A DNA stretch of 64,000 bases, from assembly GCF_009914755.1 (NCBI RefSeq), contig NC_060934.1; one strand, given 5' to 3'. Made by a program: the position numbers and the translations under genes. Numbering within the stretch: position 1 is the stretch's first letter; each line of letters begins with the position of its first letter. The notes under the pieces are model-generated. The model did no database searches and had not been told where the DNA came from. It was given only the letters and a program-made list of their open reading frames with translations. The DNA is from the human T2T-CHM13v2.0 reference genome, Homo sapiens. Positions 49,901 through 61,900 of this stretch are shown here, piece after piece.

Positions 49901-52900
49901 TATCTTCATATTAAACGTACACAGAATCATTCGTAGAAACTAGTTTGTGATGTGTGCCTTCAACTCACAGAGTTTAACCTTTCTTTTCATAGAGCAGTTC
50001 GGAAACACTCTATTTGTAAAGTCTGCAAGTGGATATTTGGATCTCTTTGAGGCCTTCGTTGGAAACGGCATTTCTTCATATAACGCTAGACAGAAGAATT
50101 TTCAGTAACTTCTTTGTGTTGTGTGTATTCAACTCACAGAGTTGAACCTTTCTTTAGAGAGAGCAGAGTTGAAACACTCTGTTTGTGGAATTTGCTAGTG
50201 CAGATTTCAAACGCTTCAAAGACAGTGATAGAAAAGGATATATCTTCGTATTAAAACTAGACAAAATCATTCTCAGAAAACACTTTGTGATATGTGTGTT
50301 CAACTCACAGAGTTTAACCTTTCTTTAATCGAGCAGTTTGGAAATACACTCTTTGTAAGTCTGCAGGTGGATAATTGGCCCTCTTTGAGCCCTTCGTTGG
50401 AAACGGGATTTCCTCATATAATGCTAGACAGAAGAACTCTGAGTAACTTCTTTGTGTTGTTTGTATTCAACTCACTGATTTGAACCTTCCTTTAGAGAGA
50501 GCAGATTTGAAACCCTCTGTTTTTGGAATTTGCAAGTGCAGATTTCAAGCGCTTCTAGGCCTATGGCAGAAAAGGAAATATCTTCGTATAAAAACTACAC
50601 AGAATCATTCTCAACAACTACTTTGTGATGTGCACGTTCAACTCACAGAGTTTAACCTTTCTTTTCATAGAGCAGTTTGGAAACACTCTGTTTGTACAGT
50701 CTGCAAGTGCTTATTTGGACTTCTTTGAGGCCTTCGTTGGAAACGGGAGTTCTTCATATAATGCTAGACAGAAGAATTCTCAGTCACTTCTTTGTGTTGT
50801 GGTATTCAACTCACAGAGTTGAAGCTTCCTTTAGACAGAGCAGTTTTGAAAAACTCTTTCTGTGGAATTTGCAAGTGGAGATTTCAAGCGATTTGAGGCT
50901 AATCTTTGAAATGGAAATATCTTCGTGTAAAAACTACACAGAATCATTCTCAGAAACTGCTTTGTTATCTGTGCTTTCAGTTCACAGAGTTTCACCTTTC
51001 TCTTCATAGAGCAGTTTGGAAAGACTCTGTCTGTAAAGTCTGCAAGTGATTAGTTAGACCCCTTTGAGGCCTTCGTTGGAAGCGGGATTTCTCATTTACT
51101 GCTACACAGAAGAATTCTCAGTAAATCCTTTGTGTTGTGTGTATTCAACTCACAGAGTGGAACCTTCCTTTATTCAGAGCAGTTTTGAAAAACACTTTTT
51201 GTGGAATTTGCAAGTGGAGATTTCAAGCGATTTGACGCCAATCTTAGACATGGAAATATCTTCATATTAAAAGTACACAGAGTCATTCGTAGAAACTAGT
51301 TTGTGATGTGTGCCTTCAACTCACAGAGTTTAACGTTTCTTTTCATAGAGCAGTTTGGAAACACTCTATTTGTAAAGTCTGCAAGTGGATATTTAGACCT
51401 CTTTGAGGCTTTCGTTGGAAACGGCATTTCTTCATATAACGCTAGACAGAAGAATTTTCAGTAACTTCTTTGTGTTGTGTGTATTCAACTCACAGAGTTG
51501 AACCTTTCTTTAGAGAGAGCAGAGTTGAAACACTCTGTTTGTGGAATTTGCTAGTGCAGATTTCAAACGCTTCGAAGACAGTGATAGCAAAGGATATATC
51601 TTCGTATTAAAACTAGACAAAATCATTCTCAGAAAACTCTTTGTGATGTGTGTGTTCAACTCACAGAGTTTAACCATTCTTTAATCGAGCAGTTTGGAAA
51701 TACACTCTTTGTAAGTCTGCAGGTGGATATTTGGCCCTCTTTGAGCCCTTCGTTGGAAACGGGATTTCCTCATATACTGCTAGACAGAAGAATTCTCAGT
51801 AACTTCTTTGTGTTGTTTGTATTCAACACACAGATTTGAACCTTCCTTTAGAGAGAGCAGATTTGAAACACTCTGTTTTTGGAATTTGCAAGTGCAGATT
51901 TCAAGCGCTTCTAGGCCTATGGCAGAAAAGGAAATATCTTCGTATAAAAACTACACAGAATCATTCTCAACAACTACTTTGTGATGTGTGCGTTCAACTC
52001 ACAGAGCTTAACCTTTCTTTTCATAGAGCAGTTTGGAAACACTCTGTTTGTAAAGCCTGCAAGTGCTTTTTTGGACTTCATTGAGGCCTTCGTTGGAAAC
52101 GGGATTTCTTCATATAATGCTAGACAGAAGAATTCTCAGTCACTTCTTTGTGTTGTGTGTATTCAAGTCACAGAGTTGAACCTTCCTTTAGACAGAGCAG
52201 TTTTGAAAAATTCTTTCTGTGGAGTTTGCAAGTGGAGATTTCAAGCGATTTGAGGCTAATCTTTGAAATGGAAATATCTTCGTGTAAAAACTACACAGAA
52301 TCATTCTCAGAAACTGCTTTGTCATCTGTGCGTTCAGTTCACAGAGTTTCACCTTTCTCTTCATAGAGCAGTTTGGAAAGACTCTGTCTGTAAAGTCTGC
52401 AAGTGATTAGTTAGAACCCTTTGAGGCCTTCGTTGGAAGCGGGATTTCTCATTTACTGCTAGACAGAAGAATTCTCAGTAAATCCTTTGTGTTGTGTGTA
52501 TTCAACTCACAGAGTGGAACCTTCCTTTATTCAGAGCAGTTTTGAAAAACACTTTTTGTGGAATTTGCAAGTGGAGATTTCAAGCGATTTGACGCCAATC
52601 TTAGACATGGAAATATCTTCATATTAAAAGTACACAGAGTCATTCGTAGAAACTAGTTTGTGATGTGTGCCTTCAACTCACAGAGTTTAACCTTTCTTTT
52701 CATAGAGCAGTTTGGAAACACTCTATTTGTAAAGTCTGCAAGTGGATATTTGGACCTCTTTGAGGCCTTCGTTGGAAACGGGATTTCTTCATACAACGCT
52801 AGACAGAAGAATTCTCAGTAACTTCTTTGTGTTGTGTGTATTCAACTCACAGAGTTGAACCTTTCTTTAGAGAGAGCAGAGTTGAAACACTCTGTTTTTG

Positions 52901-55900
52901 GAATTTGCAAGTGCAGATTTCAAGCGCTTCTAGGCCTATGGCAGAAAAGGAAATATCTTCGTATAAAAACTACACAGAATCATTCTCAACAACTACTTTG
53001 TGATGTGTGCGTTCAACTCACAGAGTTTAACCTTTCTTTTCATAGAGCAGTTGGGAAACACTCTATTTGTAAAGTCTGCAAGTGGATATTTGGACCTCTT
53101 TGAGGCCTTCGTTGGAAACGGGATTTCTTCATATAACGCTAGACAGAAGAATTCTCAGTAACTTCTTTGTGTTGTGTGTATTCAACTCACAGAGTTGAAC
53201 CTTTCTTTAGAGGGAGCAGAGGTGAAACACTCTTTTTGTGGAATTTGCTAGTGTAGATTTCAAACGCTTCGAAGACAGTGATAGAAAAGGATATATCTTC
53301 GTATTAAAAGTAGACAAAATCATTCTCAGAAAACTCTTTGTGATGTGTGTGTTCAACTCACAGAGTTTAACCTTTCTTTAATCGAGCAGTTTGGAAATAC
53401 ACTCTTTGTAAGTCTGCAGGTGGATATTTGGCCCTCTTTGAGCCCTTCGTTGGAAACGGGATTTCCTCATATAATGCTAGACAGAAGAATTCTCAGTAAC
53501 TTCTTTGTGTTGTTTGTATTCAACACACAGATTTGAACCTTCCTTTAGAGAGAGCAGATTTGAAACACTCTGTTTTTGGAATTTGCAAGTGCAGATTTCA
53601 AGCGCTTCTAGGCCTATGGCAGAAAAGGAAATATCTTCGTATAAAAACTACACAGAATCATTCTCTACAAGTACTTTGTGATGTGTGCGTTCAACTCACA
53701 GAGTTTAACCTTGCTTTTCATAGAGCAGTTTGGAAACACTCTGTTTGTAAAGCCTGCAAGTGCTTTTTTGGACTTCATTGAGGCCTTCGTTGGAAACGGC
53801 ATTTCTTCATACAACGCTAGACAGAAGAATTCTCAGTACCTTCTTTGTGTTGTGTGTATTCAACTCACAGAGTTGAACCTTTCTTTAGAGAGAGCAGAGT
53901 TGAAACACTCTTTTTGTGGAATTTGCTAGTGCAGATTTCAAACGCTTCGAAGACAGTGATAGAAAAGGATATATCTTCGTATTAAAACTAGACAAAATCA
54001 TTCTCAGAAAACACTTTGTGATGTGTGTGTTCAACTCACAGAGTTTAACCTTTCTTTAATCGACCAGTTTGGAAACACTCTATTTGTAAAGTCCGCAAGT
54101 GGATATTTGGACATCTTTGAAGCCTTCGTTGGAAACGGGATTTCTTCATACAACGCTAGACAGAAGAATTCTCAGTAACTTCTTTGTGTTGTGTGTATTC
54201 AACTCACAGACTTGAACCTTTCTTTAGAGAGAGCAGAGTTGAAACACTCTGTTTTTGGAATTTGCAAGTGCAGATTTCAAGCGATTCTAGGCCTATGGCA
54301 GAAAAGGAAATATCTTCGTATAAAAACTACACAGAATCATTCTCAACAACTACTTTGTGATGTGTGCGTTCAACTCACAAAGTTTAACCTTTCTTTTCAT
54401 AGAGCAGTTTGGAAACACTCTGTTTGTAAAGTGTGCAAGTGCTTATTTGGACTTCTTTGAGGCCTTCGTTGGAAACGGGAGTTCTTCATATAATGCTAGA
54501 CAGAAGAATTCTCAGTCACTTCTTTGTGTTGTGGTATTCAACTCACAGAGTTGAAACTTCCTTTAGACAGAGCAGTTTTGAAAAATTCTTTCTGTGGAAT
54601 TTGCAATTGGAGATTTTAAGAGATTTGAGGCTAATCTTTGAAATGGAAATATCTTCGTGTAAAAACTACACAGAATCATTCTCAGAAACTGCTTTGTTAT
54701 CTGTGCATTCAGTTCACAGAGTTTCACCTTTCTCTTCATAGAGCAGTTTGGAAAGACTCTGTAAAGTCTGCAAGTGATTAGTTAGACCCCTTTGAGGCCT
54801 TCTTTGGAAGCGGGATTTCTCATTTACTGCTAGACAGAAGAATTCTCAGTAAATCCTTTGTGTTGTGTGTATTCAACTCACAGAGTGGAACCTTCCTTTA
54901 TTCAGAGCAGTTTTGAAAAACACTTTTTGTGGAATTTGCAAGTGGAGATTTCAAGCGATTTGACGCCAATCTTAGACATGGAAATATCTTCATATTAAAA
55001 GTACACAGAGTCATTCGTAGAAACTAGTTTGTGATGTGTGCATTCAACTCACAGAGTTTAACCTTTCTTTTCATAGAGCAGTTTGGAAACACTCTATTTG
55101 TAAAGTCTGCAAGTGGATATTTGGACCTCTTTGAGGCCTTCGTTGGAAACGGGATTTCTTCATACAACACTAGACAGAAGAATTCTCAGTAACTTCTTTG
55201 TGTTGTGTGTATTCAACTCACAGAGTTGAACCTTTCTTTAGAGAGAGCAGAGTTGAAACACTCTGTTTTTGGAATTTGCAACTGCAGATTTCAAGCGATT
55301 CTAGGCCTATGGCAGAACAGGAAATATCTTCGTATAAAAACTACACAGAATCATTCTCAACAACTACTTTGTGATGTGTGCGTTCAACTCACAAAGTTTA
55401 ACCTTTCTTTTCATAGAGCAGTTTGGAAACACGCTGTTTGTAAAGCCTGCAAGTGCTTTTTTGGACTTCATTGAGGCCTTCGTTGGAAACGGGATTTCTT
55501 CATATAATGCTAGACAGAAGAATTCTCAGTAAATCCTTTGTGTTGTGTTTATTCAACTCACAGAGTGGAACCTTCCTTTATTCAGAGCAGTTTTGAAACA
55601 CTCTTTTTGTGGAATTTGCAAGTGGAGATTTCAAGCGATTTGACGCCAATCTTAGACATGGAAATATCTTCATATTAAAAGTACACAGAATCATTCGTAG
55701 AAACTAGTTTGTGATGTGTGCCTTCAACTCACAGAGTTTAACCTTTCTTTTCATAGAGCAGTTCGGAAACACTCTATTTGTAAAGTCTGCAAGTGGATAT
55801 TTGGACCTCTTTGAGGCCATCGTTGGAAAAGGGATTTCTTCATATAACGCTAGACAGAAGAATTTTCAGTAACTTCTTTGTGTTGTGTGTATTCAACTCA

Positions 55901-58900
55901 CAGAGTTGAACTTTTCTTTAGAGACAGCAGAGTTGAAACACTCTTTTTGTGGAATTTGCTAGTGCAGATTTCAAACGCTTCGAAGACAGTGATAGAAAAG
56001 GATATATCTTCGTATTAAAACTAGACAAAATCATTCTCAGAAAACACTTTGTGATGTGTGTGTTCAACTCACAGAGTTTAACCTTTCTTTAATCGAGCAG
56101 TTTGGAAATACACTCTTTGTAATTCTGCAGGTGGATAATTGTCCCTCTTTGAGCCCTTCGTTGGAAACGGGATTTCCTCATATAATGCTAGACAGAAGAA
56201 TTCTCAGTAACTTCTTTGTGTTGTTTGTATTCAACTCACAGATTTGAACCTTCCTTTAGAGAGAGCAGATTTGAAACACTCTGTTTTTGGAATTTGCAAG
56301 TGCAGATTTCAAGCGCTTCTAGGCCTATGGCAGAAAAGGAAATATCTTCTTATAAAAACTACACAGAATCATTCTCAACAACTACTTTGTGATGTGTGCG
56401 TTCAACTCACAGAGTTTAACCTTTCTTTTCATAGAGCAGTTTGGAAACACTCTGTTTGTAAAGCCTGCAAGTGCTTTTTTGGACTTCATTGAGGCCTTCG
56501 TTGGAAACGGGATTTCTTCATATAATGCTAGACAGAAGAATTCTCAGTCACTTCTTTGTGTTGTGTGTATTCAAGTCACAGAGTTGAACCTTCTTTTAGA
56601 CAGAGCAGTTTTGAAAAATTTTTTCTGTGGAATTTGCAAGTGGAGATTTCAAGCGATTTGAGGCTAATCTTTGAAATGGAAATATCTTCGTGTAAAAACT
56701 ACACAGAATCATTCTCAGAAACTGCTTTGTTATCTGTGCGTTCAGTTCACTGAGTTTCACCTTTCTCTTCATAGAGCAGTTTGGAAAGACTCTGTCTGTA
56801 AAGTCCGCAAGTGATTAGTTAGACCCCTTTGAGGCCTTCGTTGGAAGCGGGATTTCTCATTTACTGCTAGACAGAAGAATTCTCAGTAAATCCTTTGTGT
56901 TGTGTGTATTCAACTCACAGAGTGGAACCTTCCTTTATTCAGAGCAGTTTTGAAAAACACTTTTTGTGGAATTTGCAAGTGGAGATTTCAAGCGATTTGA
57001 CGCCAATCTTAGACATGGAAATATCTTCATATTAAAAGTACACAGAGTCATTCGTAGAAACTAGTTTGTGATGAGTGCCTTCAACTCACAGAGTTTAACC
57101 TTTCTTTTCATAGAGCAGTTTGGAAACACTCTATTTGTAAAGTCTGCAAGTGGATATTTGGACCTCTTTGAGGCCTTCGTTGGAAACGGGATTTCTTCAT
57201 ACAACACTAGACAGAAGAATTCTCAGTAACTTCTTTGTGTTGTGTGTATTCAACTCACAGAGTTGAACTTTTCTTTAGAGAGAGCAGAGTTGAAACACTC
57301 TGTTTTTGGAATTTGCAAGTGCAGATTTCAAGCGATTCTAGGCCTATGGCAGAAAAGGAAATATCTTCGTATAAAAACTACACAGAATCATTCTCAACAA
57401 CTACTTTGTGATGTGTGCGTTCAACTCACAAAGTTTAACCTTTCTTTTCATAGAGCAGTTTGGAAAGACGCTGTTTGTAAAGCCTACAAGTGCTTTTTTG
57501 GACTTCATTGAGGCCTTCGTTGGAAACGGGATTTCTTCATATAATGCTAGACAGAAGAATTCTCAGTAAATCCTTTGTGTTGTGTTTATTCAACTCACAG
57601 AGTGGAACCTTCCTTTATTCAGAGCAGTTTTGAAACACTCTTTTTGTGGAATTTGCAAGTGGAGATTTCAAGCGATTTGACGCCAATCTTAGACATGGAA
57701 ATATCTTCATATTAAAAGTACACAGAATCATTCGTAGAAACTAGTTCGTGATGTGTGCCTTCAACTCACAGAGTTTAACCTTTCTTTTCATAGAGCAGTT
57801 CGGAAACACTCTATTTGTAAAGTCTGCAAGTGGATATTTGGACCTCTTTGAGGCCATCGTTGGAAAAGGGATTCCTTCATATAACGCTAGACAGAAGAAT
57901 TTTCAGTAACTTCTTTGTGTTGTGTGTATTCAACTCACAGAGTTCAACTTTTCTTTAGAGAGAGCAGAGTTGAAACACTCTTTTTGTGGAATTTGCTAGT
58001 GCAGATTTCAAACGCTTCGAAGACAGTGATAGAAAAGGATATATCTTCGTATTAAAACTAGACAAAATCATTCTCAGAAAACACTTTGTGATGTGTGTGT
58101 TCAACTCACAGAGTTTAACCTTTCTTTAATCGAGCAGTTTGGAAATACACTCTTTTGAAGTCTGCAGGTGGATAATTGGCCCTCTTTGAGCCCTTCGTTG
58201 GAAACGGGATTTCCTCATATAATGCTAGACAGAAGAATTCTCAGTAACTTCTTTGTGTTGTTTGTATTCAACTCACAGATTTGAACCTTCCTTTAGAGAG
58301 AGCAGATTTGAAACACTCTGTTTTTGGAATTTGCAAGTGCAGATTTCAAGCGCTTCTAGGCCTATGGCAGAAAAGGAAATATCTTCATATAAAAACTACA
58401 CAGAATCATTCTCAACAACTACTTTGTGATGTGTGCGTTCAACTCACAGAGTTTAACCTTTCTTTTCATAGAGCAGTTTGGAAACACTCTGTTTGTAAAG
58501 CCTGCAAGTGCTTTTTTGGACTTCATTGAGGCCTTCGTTGGAAATGGGATTTCTTCATATAATGCTAGACAGAAGAATTCTCAGTCACTTCTTTGTGTTG
58601 TGTGTATTCAAGTCACAGAGTTGAACCTTCTTTTAGACAGAGCAGTTTTGAAAAATTTTTTCTGTGGGATTTGCAAGTGGAGATTTCAAGCGATTTGAGG
58701 CTAATCTTTGAAATGGAAATATCTTCGTGTAAAAACTACACAGAATCATTCTCAGAAACTGCTTTGTTATCTGTGCGTTCAGTTCACAGAGTTTCACCTT
58801 TCTCTTCATAGAGCAGTTTGGAAAGACTCTGTCTGTAAAGTCCGCAAGTGATTAGTTAGACCCCTTTGAGGCCTTCGTTGGAAGCGGGATTTCTCATTTA

Positions 58901-61900
58901 CTGCTAGACAGAAGAATTCTCAGTATATCCTTTGTGTTGTGTGTATTCAACTCACAGAGTGGAACCTTCCTTTATTCAGAGCACTTTTGAAAAACACTTT
59001 TTGTGGAATTTGCAAGTGGAGATTTCAAGCGATTTGACGCCAATCTTAGACATGGAAATATCTTCATATTAAAAGTACACAGAGTCATTCGTAAAAACTA
59101 GTTTGTGATGTGTGCCTTCAACTCACAGAGTTTAACCTTTCTTTTCATAGAGGAGTTTGGAAACACTCTATTGGTAAAGTCTGCAAGTGGATATTTGGAC
59201 CTCTTTGAGGCCTTCGTTTGAAACGGGATTTCTTCATACAACGCTAGACAGAAGAATTCTCAGTAACTTCTTTGTGTTGTTTGTATTCAACTCACAGAGT
59301 TGAACCTTTCTTTAGAGAGAGCAGAGTTGAAACACTCTGTTTTTGGAATTTGCAAGTGCAGATTTCAACGGCTTCTAGGCCTATGGCAGAAAAGGAAATA
59401 TCTTCGTATAAAAACTACGCAGAATCATTCTCAACAACTACTTTGTGATGTGTGCGTTCAACTCACAGAGTTTAACCTTTCTTTTCATAGAGCAGTTTGG
59501 AAACACTCTGTTTGTAAAGCCTGCAAGTGCTTTTTTGGACTTCATTGAGGCCTTCGTTGGAAACGGGATTTCTTCATATAATGCTAGACAGAAGACTTCT
59601 CAGTAAATCCTTTGTGTTGTGTTTATTCAACTCACAGAGTGGAACCTTCCTATATTCAGAGCAGTTTTGAAACACTCTTTTTGTGGAATTTGCAAGTGGA
59701 GATTTCAAGCGATTTGACGCCAATCTTAGACATGGAAATATCTTCATATTAAAAGTACACAGAATCATTCGTAGAAACTAGTTTGTGATGTGTGCCTTCA
59801 ACTCACAGAGTTTAACCTTTCTTTTCATAGAGCAGTTCGGAAGCACTCTATTTGTAAAGTCTGCAAGTGGATATTTGGATCTCTTTGAGGCCTTCGTTGG
59901 AAACGGCATTTCTTCATATAACGCTAGACAGAAGAATTTTCAGTAACTTCTTTGTGTTGTGTGTATTCAACTCACAGAGTTGAACCTTTCTTTAGAGAGA
60001 GCAGAGTTGAAACACTCTGTTTGTGGAATTTGCTAGTGCAGATTTCAAACGCTTCGAAGACAGTGATAGAAAAGGATATATCTTCGTATTAAAACTAGAC
60101 AAAATCATTCTCAGAAAACACTTTGTGATATGTGTGTTCAACTCACAGAGTTTAACCTTTCTTTAATCGAGCAGTTTGGAAATACACTCTTTGTAAGTCT
60201 GCAGGTGGATAATTGGCCCTCTTTGAGCCCTTCGTTGGAAACGGGATTTCCTCATATAATGCTAGACAGAAGAATTCTCAGTAACTTCTTTGTGTTGTTT
60301 GTATTCAACTCACAGATTTGAACCTTCCTTTAGAGAGAGCAGATTTGAAACACTCTGTTTTTGGAATTTGCAAGTGCAGATTTCAAGCGCTTCTAGGCCT
60401 ATGGCAGAAAAGTAAATATCTTCGTATAAAAACTACACAGAATCATTCTCAACAACTACTTTGTGATGTGTGCGTTCAACTCACAGAGTTTAACCTTTCT
60501 CTTCATAGAGCAGTTTGGAAACACTCTGTTTGTAAAGCCTGCAAGTGCTTTTTTGGACTTCATTGAGGCCTTCGTTGGAAACGGGATTTCTTCATATAAT
60601 GCTAGACAGAAGAATTCTCAGTCACTTCTTTGTGTTGTGTGTATTCAAGTCACAGAGTTGAACCTTCTTTTAGACAGAGCAGTTTTGAAAAATTCTTTCT
60701 GTGGAATTTGCAAGTGGAGATTTCAAGCGATTTGAGGCTAATCTTTGAAATGGAAATATCTTCGTGTAAAAACTACACAGAATCATTCTCAGAAACTGCT
60801 TTGTTATCTGTGCGTTCAGTTCACAGAGTTTCACCTTTCTCTTCATAGAGCAGTTTGGAAAGACTCTGTCTGTAAAGTCCGCAAGTGATTAGTTAGACCC
60901 CTTTGAGGCCTTCGTTGGAAGCGGGATTTCCCATTTACTGCTAGACAGAAGAATTCTCAGTAAATCCTTTGTGTTGTGTGTATTCAACTCACAGAGTGGA
61001 ACCTTCCTTTATTCAGAGCAGTTTTGAAACACTCTTTTTGTGGAATTTGCAAGTGGAGATTTCAAGCGATTTGACGCCAATCTTAGACATGGAAATATCT
61101 TCATATTAAAAGTACACAGAGTCATTCGTAGAAACTAGTTTGTGATGTGTGCCTTCAACTCACAGAGTTTAACCTTTCTTTTCATAGAGCAGTTGGGAAA
61201 AACTCTATTTGTAAAGTCTGCAAGTGGATATTTGGACCTCTTTGAGGCCTTCGTTGGAAACGGGATTTCTTCATATAACGCTAGACAGAAGAATTCTCAG
61301 TAACTTCTTTGTGTTGTGTGTATTCAACTCACAGAGTTGAACCTTTCTTTAGAGGGAGCAGAGGTGAAACACTCTTTTTGTGGAATTTGCTAGTGTAGAT
61401 TTCAAACGCTTCGAAGACAGTGATAGAAAAGGATATATCTTCGTATTAAAAGTAGACAAAATCATTCTCAGAAAACTCTTTGTGATGTGTGTGTTCAACT
61501 CACAGAGTTTAACCTTTCTTTAATCCAGCAGTTTGGAAATACACTCTTTGTAAGTCTGCAGGTGGATATTTGGCCCTCTTTGAGCCCTTCGTTGGAAACG
61601 GGATTTCCTCATATAATGCTAGACAGAAGAATTCTCAGTAACTTCTTTGTGTTGTTTGTATTCAACACACAGATTTGAACCTTCCTTTAGAGAGAGCAGA
61701 TTTGAAACACTCTGTTTTTGGAATTTGCAAGTGCAGATTTCAAGCGATTCTAGGCCTATGGCAGAAAAGGAAATATCTTCGTATAAAAACTACACAGAAT
61801 CATTCGCAACAACTACTTTGTGATGTGTGCGTTCAACTCACAGAGTTTAACCTTTCTTTTCATAGAGCAGTTTGGAAACACTCTGTTTGTAAAGCCTGCA

